Below are positions 9,082 through 19,436 of a DNA stretch of 64,000 nt, piece after piece. How positions within the stretch are numbered: position 1 is the stretch's first letter; every line of letters starts with the position of its first letter. The notes beneath the pieces were generated by a model, which searched no databases, was not told where the DNA came from, and saw nothing but the letters and a program-made list of their open reading frames with translations. The position numbers and the translations under genes are program-made. Source of the stretch: a bacterium (lineage in GTDB: Bacteria > Cyanobacteriota > Vampirovibrionia > Gastranaerophilales > JBAXKC01); contig JBAXKC010000004.1 in the NCBI GenBank assembly GCA_037137535.1, forward strand, positions 49,675 to 113,674. Reading direction: 5' to 3'.

Positions 9082-9780
9082 ATGTATAATACATTAAAAA
9101 AGATTTCTGAATTTATATCAGGGAAAAAACTAAAAGCTAACAAACCTCTTTCAAAAAAAGCCGTTTCTTTCCTTCAATCAAATGAAAACTTACAATTGAA
9201 CAGCAAAGAAAAACTTAAAATAGATAAAGTAAGTTTTGATGCAAAAAAAATACTTAAAAATTTCATCAAAAAACCGAATGAACTGCTAAAATTCATTGAA
9301 AGCAAAGGAACTATTGTCATACAGGCAAAAGGCATTGAAAAAATGTTCCGTCTTATAGGCCATGAAGAAGGGTTTATTTATCCACTTACAGGCTCTAAGG
9401 CTTTAACTCTTTCAATTGCAATTAATATACTTGCACCAGGGAAAATCAAAATCTCAAACAAAACACCACTTATGTTTGTAGCAAGAAAAGGGCCTTTAAG
9501 CGTGTATAGCCTTGCACATCAATTCTATCACTGGGTTTCTTATGTTAAAGGACTACCAGGCTATGAAGAAGAAACCATCTCTAACTTTAAAAACATCTGG
9601 AGCACTGAATTTAACGCACAAACCGCACCGCTTATGAATGTTGACGAAATCCTTGCCCTTAAAGAGGCAATATCAAGAGATATGGAAGCAATACAATTCG
9701 TTAAAGAAATTTCAAGAGAATTCATCGGCTCAAAAAAATCTCTTGATAAGCTAAAACAGGGTGAAACGCTTAATATATAG
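9082..9780 (+). CDS. Hypothetical protein
   Basis: 232-aa ORF with a GGGGGAG tract just upstream; contains HQFYHW (HExxH-like but without Glu). Confidence 0.75.
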   Translation: MYNTLKKISEFISGKKLKANKPLSKKAVSFLQSNENLQLNSKEKLKIDKVSFDAKKILKNFIKKPNELLKFIESKGTIVIQAKGIEKMFRLIGHEEGFIYPLTGSKALTLSIAINILAPGKIKISNKTPLMFVARKGPLSVYSLAHQFYHWVSYVKGLPGYEEETISNFKNIWSTEFNAQTAPLMNVDEILALKEAISRDMEAIQFVKEISREFIGSKKSLDKLKQGETLNI

Positions 9781-9831
9781 AGATAAATAAAACTTTTAAC
9801 TATAAAGCAAAAGATATTCTATAAATTATTT

Positions 9832-9858
9832 CTATGCAATTATAATTGCATAGTTTTT
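9832..9858 (+). terminator. Probable intrinsic terminator (or operator): 22-bp perfect palindrome plus T tract
   Basis: CTATGCAATTATAATTGCATAG followed by TTTTT. Confidence 0.55.
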
Positions 9859-9918
9859 AATTTCACAATGATTCAATAAATTTAAAAATCAATATATTAA
9901 AGGTAATAAATCAGATAA

Positions 9919-10869
9919 ATGGATAGCAAAATCACTTCAACTCAAAATTCATATCAATTGTTAATGCAAAATCATTTGCAAGCTAATAGCTGTAAAAAAG
10001 CATCAAATGATTTAGCTAAATCTGTAACCATTTTAAATAATCCTGCCAATCCGACTACTGAAGTTATTAAATCCTCAACTAAAAAAGAAACCGATATAAA
10101 AACAGAGCAACGTGATAAAAGCAATAAAAAGCTACTTATAGGAGCTACTGTTTTAGTACTTACAGGAATAAATTTAGCTATATTTCATAAACAAATAAAA
10201 GCTAAATTTAATGAATTAATTGAAAATTTTGGATTTATTCAAAAAAATGAAAAAAGCAACATACCTCAAATTATAAATAATTACGCAGATAATTCAGATA
10301 AGGCTGTTGGCGAAGCAAAGGAGATTATTGAAGAAAATTCTCTTCTTAATGAAGTTGATAATAACTTAGGGCATTCTAAAGAGGTTATTGAACAAAATAC
10401 AAAAGAGATTTTAACTCCTCAAGTACAGAGTTTTATAAATAATTGGAAAAAAGGTGAAGAATCAATTAAAAAATATATAGAAAGTTTAAAAGACAATGAA
10501 AAAACTTATCAACGCAATATGCCCCACCATAAAAATTTGTCAGAAACTGATTTTAATAATTTATTTGACGAAAAAATTTGGCCCGATAAAAAAATTACTA
10601 AAATAAATACTCTAAAAACTTCTATCAAAAACAACTTAACTGATTGTCAAAAAAATGGTAACACAAGTGGAAGTTTTGGAATTGTAGGATTTACCAGTCC
10701 TCTTATAGAAGATTATTTAGCTTTTGCACAAAAAATTGCCAATGAACAAGGTTTTGAAATTATCAACATAAGAAAATCTACAATAGATGCCGTTGTATAT
10801 GACTTAAAACCTTTAAATTTAAGTCAAGAGGAATTATTAAAAGCAATCCAGACTGCTAAAAATACATAG
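9919..10869 (+). CDS. Hypothetical protein with one transmembrane segment
   Basis: 316 aa; N/S/T/K-rich N-terminus, then LLIGATVLVLTGINLAIF. Confidence 0.7.
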   Translation: MDSKITSTQNSYQLLMQNHLQANSCKKASNDLAKSVTILNNPANPTTEVIKSSTKKETDIKTEQRDKSNKKLLIGATVLVLTGINLAIFHKQIKAKFNELIENFGFIQKNEKSNIPQIINNYADNSDKAVGEAKEIIEENSLLNEVDNNLGHSKEVIEQNTKEILTPQVQSFINNWKKGEESIKKYIESLKDNEKTYQRNMPHHKNLSETDFNNLFDEKIWPDKKITKINTLKTSIKNNLTDCQKNGNTSGSFGIVGFTSPLIEDYLAFAQKIANEQGFEIINIRKSTIDAVVYDLKPLNLSQEELLKAIQTAKNT

Positions 10870-11235
10870 AACAGCCTTAATTATGAATCTCAATAGAGTT
10901 CATCAGCTCAAAAAAATCTCTTGATAAGCTAAAACAGGGTGAAACGCTTAATATATAGAGATAAATACTTGTAAACATCATAACTATAAATTAATATATA
11001 TTTAAATGAAAAAATATTCGGCAAATGATTCATATAGTAATCATCTTTAATTTTTTAAAAAATAAAAGACGAAAGTATTAACAATGAATTCTTATCTGCT
11101 ATTTGTATAATAAAAATATTTTACAGAGAGAACAAAAAATGTTGTCATCTTGTTAAATCAACCCAAAGATACAAGAAATTACAGGCTTAATACTTCTATC
11201 TAAATTTTAATATTAGAAAGAGATTATTTAATAAG

Positions 11236-12948
11236 ATGCAAATCGATAAAGAAAAAAGAAATCCTTCAAAAAATTATATCTCAACATTTTTTTGGTTAGG
11301 TATAATTTTATTTTTTATTATAATAATTTGTTCTTTCCTCCCTCCTACAAAATATTTTGTGCGTTATGATAACATCATTACTATAATCATGGTCGCAATC
11401 ACAACTGCAATCATAACTTTTAATAATGACAATAGCTTTTCAATACGTCAATGCTTTATATTATCAGGAATTTACACTTTATCTGTTTGCCTGGCAGAAG
11501 GAATTGCCTCTTTAGCTTTAGCTATACTTTGTATTATAAGCATAATAGGTCTTATCGTCCTTGGCTTTTATTTGACTTATAGACAAGATATAATTACAGA
11601 TTTTCTTACTTCTGCATTTTCCAGATTTATTTATGCTTTTTCAACAATCTGGATTACAAACCAATTATGTTTAATGATTAAAGAATTATCAAGCTCAATT
11701 AACAAAATTCAAATTAAGCAACTTGCATTTAAAGCAATTATTTTTGTTCTAACAGGTTTTTCTTCAATACTTATTTGCAACTTTATAGATTCAATTGCCC
11801 ATAATTATATAACTGACTCTATTTTTAGTATTAGCTCAAATACAAAAATTATTGCGACTAAAACAGGTAATATTTTTCTTTCGAATGAGCCTAGTATTTA
11901 TAATACTTATGAAAGAAGATTAACTAATATTGGTAAGTCTTTAAAACATTATGGGTCATTTACAATTCTGCCTGATAATAAAATTCTTTTTTCAGGCTGT
12001 AAAACTTTTGAACATGGAATAACAACTAGCTTCAAAGAAGCTACTATATTTGATTTAAACAAATTAGAATTTAGACCTACTGGTAATATGAATATAGCTC
12101 AATGGGAATCTGCTACGGTCTTATTACCAAATAACAATGTATTATTTATTGATAATAATGAAAATAATAAAAGAACGGAACTATATAATATTAAGACAGG
12201 TAAATTCACTTTTTCTGGAAATAACATACTTCCTTTATCAAATCCACGTATCATCGTCTTAAATAAAAGAACAGCCTTTGTCTATGGTTATATGTACAAC
12301 GTAGGCTATAAGGCAGAATTATATGATATCAATTCAGGTAAATTTTATTTACCTAAAAACCCAAGCAAATCAGAAAGCTCCTTTACTCCTATAAAACTGA
12401 ATAATGGTAAATTACTTATAATTGGAACTTCCGGAGAAGACCAAAACCAAAAATATATTACTGAAATTTATAATCCAGCCTCAAATTCCTTCTCTCGAAC
12501 AAATGGAAACTCTATTATTGATCGAGTTAAGCCTGATTTTGAATTATTAGCAGACGGAAAGATATTAATAATTGGTGGCGATAGAAATAGCTTAAATAAA
12601 GCTGAATTATTTGACCCAAAAACAGAAACATATACTGCTGCGGGGCAAATGTCTAAACGCACACAATCAGATTTTGGAGGATATTCCTCTATCACGTTGC
12701 CAAATAAAAAAATATTATTTATTGGTGGCAGTGAAGGAGTTGGAGAGGGAACAAATTATGTTAAAACTATAGAAATATATGACCCAAAAACAATGAAATT
12801 TAAAATAATTGGAAATATGAGAAAACGCAGAGACAAGCCAGAATGTGTAATCAGTAACAATAAATTATACATTATTGGTGGAGAGAGAGATGAAAGACCA
12901 GATACAGGAATAACTGGAGAAGTTCTTGATTTGAACAAATTCAAATAA
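11236..12948 (+). CDS. Membrane-anchored Kelch-repeat (beta-propeller) protein
   Basis: About 5-6 N-terminal TM helices, then repeats of L.[DN]GK.LIIGG...AE.[YF]DP.T..F. Confidence 0.85.
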   Translation: MQIDKEKRNPSKNYISTFFWLGIILFFIIIICSFLPPTKYFVRYDNIITIIMVAITTAIITFNNDNSFSIRQCFILSGIYTLSVCLAEGIASLALAILCIISIIGLIVLGFYLTYRQDIITDFLTSAFSRFIYAFSTIWITNQLCLMIKELSSSINKIQIKQLAFKAIIFVLTGFSSILICNFIDSIAHNYITDSIFSISSNTKIIATKTGNIFLSNEPSIYNTYERRLTNIGKSLKHYGSFTILPDNKILFSGCKTFEHGITTSFKEATIFDLNKLEFRPTGNMNIAQWESATVLLPNNNVLFIDNNENNKRTELYNIKTGKFTFSGNNILPLSNPRIIVLNKRTAFVYGYMYNVGYKAELYDINSGKFYLPKNPSKSESSFTPIKLNNGKLLIIGTSGEDQNQKYITEIYNPASNSFSRTNGNSIIDRVKPDFELLADGKILIIGGDRNSLNKAELFDPKTETYTAAGQMSKRTQSDFGGYSSITLPNKKILFIGGSEGVGEGTNYVKTIEIYDPKTMKFKIIGNMRKRRDKPECVISNNKLYIIGGERDERPDTGITGEVLDLNKFK

Positions 12949-12980
12949 ATTGGTTTATTGCTAAAATAACAAACTAACCC

Positions 12981-15900
12981 CTAATTCCCACTATCCAAAG
13001 AACAAATATCCAATTCAACCGAATTCCCATGACGAGTTTGGATTTCTCTGCATAAGTCGTTACAGGCGTTTATCCAGAAAGTACTTGAGGCTAGGACTTT
13101 TATTGCACTATCTTTTCCGCCTACATTGAACACAACGGGATCAGAGCCTTTATGCTTTACCATTAAGTCTTTCAGAGCCATGATTTCTTCAAATTTTGTT
13201 TCATCTGAAATGTTAACATTAACAATATTGCAGTTTTCAACCATTCTTACTTCATTTATTGCAATGCTTATTGTTACTTCTTCATCGCCCCTGTGTTGCA
13301 GTTTTCCGCCTAACACAACTTTGCATTCAGGTTCAAGATAAGCATTATATTTGTTTAAGACTTCGCTAAACGCAACAAAATCAACACTTCCCGTTAAATC
13401 TTCAAGCTGTCCGACTTTTAACATTTTGTTTGTCTTAGTTGTTATAAGCCTGACAGAGCTTATAAGTCCGCAAACCGTTACATAAGTGCCTTCTTTAATT
13501 TCTGATAACTCGGCAACGCTGTGAGTGGTTAAAAACGGTAAATGCTCTTTAATACTCGAAAGTGGGTGACTGGTTACATAAAAACCAAGTAATTCTTTTT
13601 CATAGCCCTGTATTTCGGAATCGGTAAACTCTTCATCTCCGCCCGAAAGAGTAAATTCCATTGTGGTATCTCCGCCAAAAAGGCTTATCTGTCCGCTTTT
13701 TTGTGCTTCTTGATGTCTTGTTGCGGAGCTAATCGCACCATCAATATTATTTAAAAGTTTTTTTCTACTAGGCTCAATACTGCTATATGCACCTGATTTT
13801 ATTAAACTTTCAATTGTTCTTTTATTAAGACATTTTAAATCAACTCTTTTACAAAAATCATAAAAGCCCTCAAATGGCGTGATTGTTCTCTCTTTTACAA
13901 TTTCTTCAACAACACCCCCACCAACGTTTTTAACCGAGGCAAGCCCAAATCTTATATTAGTCCCATCGGGAGTGAAATCATTATTTGAATAATTCACATC
14001 AGGCGGTAATACTTCCATTCCAAGCTTTTGAGCCTCTGAAATATACTGTTGAATCTTATCCTGATTGTTGCTTACGCTAGAAAGCAATGCTGACATATAT
14101 TCAACCGGATAATGAGCCTTTAAATATGCTGTCTGATAAGCAAGCATAGCATATGCCGCTGAGTGAGATCGGTTAAAGCAATATGCTGCGAATTCTGTCA
14201 TTGTGTCAAAAAGTTCACTTGCCATCTTTTGATCGACATTATTTTTTTCAGAGCCGTCAAGAAATAAAGCCCTTTGCATATCCATTTCTTCAGCTTTTTT
14301 CTTACCCATCGCACGTCTTAAAATATCCGCCTGTCCAAGCGAATAGCCTGCAAGCGAACGTGCAATCTGCATAATTTGTTCCTGATAAACGATAGTTCCA
14401 TATGTATCGCCTAAAATAGGTTCTAAGGCAGGATGTTTATACTCAACTTTTGCTCTTCCATGCTTTCTTTGCACGAAATCCTTTACCATCCCTGAATTTA
14501 AAGGACCTGGGCGGAAAAGTGCAACCAAAGCGCCTAAATCTTCAAACACCGAAGGCTTTAAATCTTTTACAAGAGCCTTCATACCAGATGATTCCAGCTG
14601 AAATACACCGTCAGTTTCTCCACGAGAAAGCATTTCATAGGTTTTTTCATCTTCAAGAGAAATATAATCTATCTCAAGTTTTTCACCAGTACGCTTTTTA
14701 ATAAGCTGAATTGTACTATCAATAATGGTAAGGTTCCGTAATCCCAAAAAGTCCATTTTAAGCAAGCCGAGCTTTTCAATATCAGACATAGGGTATTCTG
14801 TAATAATAATTCCTTCTTTTGATTTCTGAACAGGTACAAGGTCAGAAAGAGGATCTCTCGCAATAATAACACCTGCTGCGTGAGTTCCTATGTTAAATTT
14901 AATACCTTCTACCGACTTTGCAAAGTCAACCAGTTCTTTAACCCTTGGATCACTGTCATATGCTTTTCTCAAATCCATACCGACTTCTAAAGCATCGTCA
15001 ATACGAATTTTAGGAATGGTCGGAATCATTTTTGCAAGTTTATCCGATTCAGCATAAGGAATATCGAGAACCCTTGCAACCCCTTTTAAAGCAGCTTTTG
15101 CTGCAAGTGTGCCAAAGGTGATAATCTGACAAACTCTATCTTCCCCATATTTTTGAGAAACATATTCGATTACTTTTTCACGTCTATCAATACAAAAGTC
15201 GATATCGACGTCGGGCATACTTACCCTCTCAGGATTTAAAAATCTTTCAAAAAGGAGGTTATGTCTGATTGGGTCGATATTTGTAATTCCAAGCACATAA
15301 GCGATTAAACTTCCTGCCGCAGAACCCCTACCCGGACCTACGGGAATATCATTTTCCCGAGCAAATTTTATAAAATCCCAAACAATAAGGAAGTAGGCAG
15401 CAAACCCCATTTCTTCAATAATTTTAAGCTCAAACTTAAAACGCTCCTCAATTGCAGGAGTAATTTCAGCGTATCTCGCCTCTAATCCTTCCCTTGAAAC
15501 CTTATTAAGATATGATTCAACGGTGTGATTAGCAGGAATAGGATAATCAGGCAATACAGATTTGCCCATTTCAATTATGAGTTTACATTTATCCGCTATA
15601 TCAATTGTATTTTGAATAGATTTATTAAAAGTTTCATCATCAAGCCACCCAAAAAATGGTCTTAATTCTTCGGGAGTTTTTAAATAAAATTCTTGATTTG
15701 GAAATTTAAAACGCCCTGGGTCATTCTTAGTTTTACCCGTTTGAAGACAAATCAGAATATCATGACATTCAGCATCTTCTTTTCTGAGATAATGGCTATC
15801 ATTAGTTATAACAGTAGGGATATCAAGTTCTTTTGCCAGTTTTAAAAGCTGAGGATTAACTCTTTGCTGCTCCGGCATCCCATGATCTTGTAATTCTATA

Positions 15901-16412
15901 TAGTAATCATCGCCAAAATGATTTTTATACCACTCCGCAGTAGTTTTAGCCTTTTCATATTCATCTTTGTAGATATATCTTGAAATTTCACCGCCAAGAC
16001 AAGCTGAAAGACAGATTAATCCTTCACTGTATTGCTCAAGAAGAGCTTTATTAATTCTTGGCTTATAGTAAAACCCATCAACATGTGAAATAGACACCAG
16101 TTTTACTAAATTTTTATAGCCTTCATTGCTTTTACACAATAAAACAAGGTGATAACTTTCTTTATTGTCGGCTTTTTTCTCTTTAATATCACCGTCAATA
16201 ATATAGACCTCACAACCGACAATCGGGTGAACTCCCATTTCCTTTGCAGTTTTATAAAATTCGATAGCACCATACATAACACCATGATCTGTTATCGCTA
16301 CCGCAGGCATATCATTAGCTTTTGCAAATTTAACAAGGTCTTTAATCCTTGTTGCTCCGTCTAAAAGACTATATTCAGTATGTAAATGCAAAGGAACATA
16401 AGGTGTTGGCAT
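12981..16412 (-). CDS. dnaE: DNA polymerase III alpha subunit
   Basis: PHP domain HLHTEYSLLDG, GPGRGSAAGSL, FERFLNPERVSMPDVDIDF and FNRSHSAAY. No intein or split. Confidence 0.98.
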   Translation of the reverse strand: MPTPYVPLHLHTEYSLLDGATRIKDLVKFAKANDMPAVAITDHGVMYGAIEFYKTAKEMGVHPIVGCEVYIIDGDIKEKKADNKESYHLVLLCKSNEGYKNLVKLVSISHVDGFYYKPRINKALLEQYSEGLICLSACLGGEISRYIYKDEYEKAKTTAEWYKNHFGDDYYIELQDHGMPEQQRVNPQLLKLAKELDIPTVITNDSHYLRKEDAECHDILICLQTGKTKNDPGRFKFPNQEFYLKTPEELRPFFGWLDDETFNKSIQNTIDIADKCKLIIEMGKSVLPDYPIPANHTVESYLNKVSREGLEARYAEITPAIEERFKFELKIIEEMGFAAYFLIVWDFIKFARENDIPVGPGRGSAAGSLIAYVLGITNIDPIRHNLLFERFLNPERVSMPDVDIDFCIDRREKVIEYVSQKYGEDRVCQIITFGTLAAKAALKGVARVLDIPYAESDKLAKMIPTIPKIRIDDALEVGMDLRKAYDSDPRVKELVDFAKSVEGIKFNIGTHAAGVIIARDPLSDLVPVQKSKEGIIITEYPMSDIEKLGLLKMDFLGLRNLTIIDSTIQLIKKRTGEKLEIDYISLEDEKTYEMLSRGETDGVFQLESSGMKALVKDLKPSVFEDLGALVALFRPGPLNSGMVKDFVQRKHGRAKVEYKHPALEPILGDTYGTIVYQEQIMQIARSLAGYSLGQADILRRAMGKKKAEEMDMQRALFLDGSEKNNVDQKMASELFDTMTEFAAYCFNRSHSAAYAMLAYQTAYLKAHYPVEYMSALLSSVSNNQDKIQQYISEAQKLGMEVLPPDVNYSNNDFTPDGTNIRFGLASVKNVGGGVVEEIVKERTITPFEGFYDFCKRVDLKCLNKRTIESLIKSGAYSSIEPSRKKLLNNIDGAISSATRHQEAQKSGQISLFGGDTTMEFTLSGGDEEFTDSEIQGYEKELLGFYVTSHPLSSIKEHLPFLTTHSVAELSEIKEGTYVTVCGLISSVRLITTKTNKMLKVGQLEDLTGSVDFVAFSEVLNKYNAYLEPECKVVLGGKLQHRGDEEVTISIAINEVRMVENCNIVNVNISDETKFEEIMALKDLMVKHKGSDPVVFNVGGKDSAIKVLASSTFWINACNDLCREIQTRHGNSVELDICSLDSGN

Positions 16413-16477
16413 TTTTAATAAATCCGACTAGTTAATCTATTATAATTGTGTCAAAAAATCAGAATATTGGAAAGAGT

Positions 16478-17839
16478 TTAATTAGCAATCTCTATTTTCT
16501 TCTCTGCTTCTTTCTTGCAAACACCCAAATTTTCAAGTAACACACTACCTATAAATTTGCTTTGTTCCTTTGGAGAAATAGGTTTACCATCGGACAATAA
16601 TGGTCGATATAACTCCCCATCGATGCAATTATATTTTGAAGAATCCAAACTGAAAAAATATTCGGACATTTCCTTATTGGTATTTTCAGGTGTAAAATTC
16701 CCTCTACTTACAAGCATATTTTGAGTATTTGAATCGTATTTAAAATTAATAGGCTCTCCTATTTCAATTCCTCCAATTCCTGAATGTAGCTCTTTATTTT
16801 CAGCCGAAACAACTTTTTTATAAGAAAAACCAATCGGAACAACCTTTACGCCTGCTTTTCTTTTTCTTGCAATTAAACTTACCATTTCAGCTATACCGGG
16901 CTGAAATGCTTCATTCATATCAAGATCGTTAAACATGCACATTTTGCCTTCGGGGAAAATAAATATATGCTTTCTCTCAGCCTTATCAGCTTGTTGCGTC
17001 TTACAAAAACTCTTAACTAATTCCATCATTGAGGTCTCATTTTTTTTACCTTTTGATCGAAATAATTGCGCATCTACTCCAACAAAACCAACAGCCTTAT
17101 AAAGCTCTTTCATCTTATCATTTGCTCTTGAAAAGAAGCTATCCTCTACAATAATGGCGGGCCTGGGACAGTCCGCAGCCTTTCCTGCACTTAAATACTC
17201 TTTATAAAATAAAGTTAAAAAATCAGCAAAAAGAGAAGTAGACTCTTTGGGCCTATGATTCATTATAAATATATATTGCTCATCAGAATTAACAAGAGCC
17301 GAAAGCTTATTTTTTTCAAGATTAACTTCCAAGTCGGTCGCACCATTTTTTAAGGTTATTAGACCTCGCTTAACATCTATAGCATTAAGTAATTTAGGAA
17401 TATACTCATGGCTTGATTTATCAACTGAAGTAACATCTGAATGTACTTTTCCAATATCAGTTTTCATATATTTAAAAAATACACCTTCTTCTATTGCTTT
17501 TGTAAAGTTACGAATCCCGTCATATAATGACTCCAATTGACTGGCAACACTGCGGATAAATCCTTTTTCTCTTTTTAAAACAGGCAATTCCTGACTAAGA
17601 CTTACCATATCTGACGGAGATTTAAAAGGATATTTTTCGCCAAGAGATAATAAAAGATTATTAACTAATTTCCCTTGTCCGTACACAACCTTATTTATAG
17701 GCATCATAACAGCATGACTTGTAACACTCAAAGCTAAATCAGTCGGAGCTATATTTTTCATCTGACTTATATCAATATTTTTAACAGGTATTCTTATTCT
17801 TGCTGAAAAAGACAAATAAGAATTATTTCTAGCTAACAT
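16478..17839 (-). CDS. PlsC/LPLAT-family acyltransferase-like protein with a long N-terminal extension
   Basis: IFIMNH block I, IFIFPEG block III and VKVVPIG block IV. The HX4D Asp is replaced by Ser. Confidence 0.7.
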   Translation of the reverse strand: MLARNNSYLSFSARIRIPVKNIDISQMKNIAPTDLALSVTSHAVMMPINKVVYGQGKLVNNLLLSLGEKYPFKSPSDMVSLSQELPVLKREKGFIRSVASQLESLYDGIRNFTKAIEEGVFFKYMKTDIGKVHSDVTSVDKSSHEYIPKLLNAIDVKRGLITLKNGATDLEVNLEKNKLSALVNSDEQYIFIMNHRPKESTSLFADFLTLFYKEYLSAGKAADCPRPAIIVEDSFFSRANDKMKELYKAVGFVGVDAQLFRSKGKKNETSMMELVKSFCKTQQADKAERKHIFIFPEGKMCMFNDLDMNEAFQPGIAEMVSLIARKRKAGVKVVPIGFSYKKVVSAENKELHSGIGGIEIGEPINFKYDSNTQNMLVSRGNFTPENTNKEMSEYFFSLDSSKYNCIDGELYRPLLSDGKPISPKEQSKFIGSVLLENLGVCKKEAEKKIEIAN

Positions 17840-18067
17840 TAATTAAACCCTTTATATGTGAATAATAGTAAAATTAGAATTAAACTATAAAATCACCCTG
17901 AATTTCAAATATTAAATTCAAAATAAAAATTTTTACTGTTCTACATAGGTTTAAAAATCAATTAGTATATTTTTCAAATAATTTAAATTAGAAACAAGAA
18001 TCCTAACTAACTGTTGACACCAAATTATGATTGTCATAACATAATTTAACAATCTAATAAATATTAA

Positions 18068-18138
<71 letters not shown>

Positions 18139-18267
18139 TTTTTAGTGCCTAATATTTTACATTTTCATCAATATGAGCTTTAATAATAGTAATAATTATA
18201 TTAAACAAATGGGTTAATTCCACATTTTTAGTGTATAATTGTTTTGTTGATTACAAATAAATTATAA

Positions 18268-19422
18268 ATGGGTATGATGAAAAAGATCGGTTTAATTGCT
18301 GCAATAGCACTAATATCATTAAATACCACTATTTCACTTCCTGCATTAAGTCAAGTTAATGAGGTTCAAAAGGCTGATGAATATCAAATCAGAACTTACA
18401 ATCTCCATGTTTCTAACAAATATAATGCAAGAAAGTATTTTCTCGGGCCAAATGACATTTTAAGCATAGATGTTTTTGGTGTTGAAGAATTCAAGCAAGA
18501 AGATGTGAAAATCCAACCGGACGGTAAGGTTTTAATTCGTCCATTTGAACCAATTAAAGCATCTGGAATGACAATTGATGAATTACAAAGTTATTTGACA
18601 AAAAAATACGATTTTTATGTCAAAGACCCTAAAGTGTCAATAAGGCTAACTGAAAGTAGACCTTTTATCGTCTACATTACAGGCGATGTAAGTACTCCCG
18701 GAAGTTATGAAATAACAACAGACTCAAAGGCAGGGAACTATGTCACCAATGCCAAGCCTGAAACACATACAGACAGAAGAGCGCCAATTCTTACAAACGT
18801 ACTTGTCGCTGCGGGTGGCTTAAAATTTGACTCTGACATAGAACATATAAAAATAAAAAATGATCTTGACGGAAGTGAATTTGAAGTAAATTTACTTGAT
18901 ATGCTTGATAAATCAGATACATCTCAAGATATTTATCTTATGCCTGGTGACAATGTGCATATTCCCAAATTGCCATCACCTCTGTCAATTAGCGAAGATA
19001 AATTTAAAAAGTTTGCATCAGCAACTTTCTGCCCAAAAACCATTCCTATTAAAGTATTCGGTTATGTAAACAACCCTGGGATTATACAACTTGACGTAAC
19101 TCAATCTCTTGATTTAATGTCAGCAATTTCAGGTGCAGGAGGATTTTCAGGCGGTGAAGGGTCAAGACCTAACAGCGGCTCCCCTCCTAAACAAATCTTC
19201 ATAAGCAGAACTGACGAAAACGGGAAAGTTGCAACAAAAACGATAAATCCGATGAAGGACAATATTACCATTCTTCCAAACGATATAATATATGTTCCTG
19301 ATAAAGTAGCGCCAAAAGTAGGAAGAGCGTTTGACTTCGTATCAAGAATGATTAATCCGTTTTATGTTTATTCCTATACTCACAACAACTTTGATTATAT
19401 GTTTAATGGACCTAAACGGTAG
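18268..19422 (+). CDS. Polysaccharide export protein (Wza/OPX family, SLBB domains)
   Basis: Signal peptide, YFLGPNDILSI...IQPDG...ASGMTIDEL, GDVSTPGSY and GYVNNPG. Confidence 0.9.
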   Translation: MGMMKKIGLIAAIALISLNTTISLPALSQVNEVQKADEYQIRTYNLHVSNKYNARKYFLGPNDILSIDVFGVEEFKQEDVKIQPDGKVLIRPFEPIKASGMTIDELQSYLTKKYDFYVKDPKVSIRLTESRPFIVYITGDVSTPGSYEITTDSKAGNYVTNAKPETHTDRRAPILTNVLVAAGGLKFDSDIEHIKIKNDLDGSEFEVNLLDMLDKSDTSQDIYLMPGDNVHIPKLPSPLSISEDKFKKFASATFCPKTIPIKVFGYVNNPGIIQLDVTQSLDLMSAISGAGGFSGGEGSRPNSGSPPKQIFISRTDENGKVATKTINPMKDNITILPNDIIYVPDKVAPKVGRAFDFVSRMINPFYVYSYTHNNFDYMFNGPKR

Positions 19423-19436
19423 AAAGCAAAGGGATT

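Larger units (their letters stand above)
9721..10967 (+). repeat. 69-bp direct repeat (9721-9789 and 10899-10967, one mismatch) flanking ORF 9919-10869
   Basis: TTCATC(G/A)GCTCAAAAAAATCTCTTGATAAGCTAAAACAGGGTGAAACGCTTAATATATAGAGATAAATA occurs twice. Confidence 0.95.

Noticed and set aside
12981-16412. Split or intein-containing dnaE as in oxygenic cyanobacteria
   Set aside because: Continuous 1143-aa ORF with no intein motifs.
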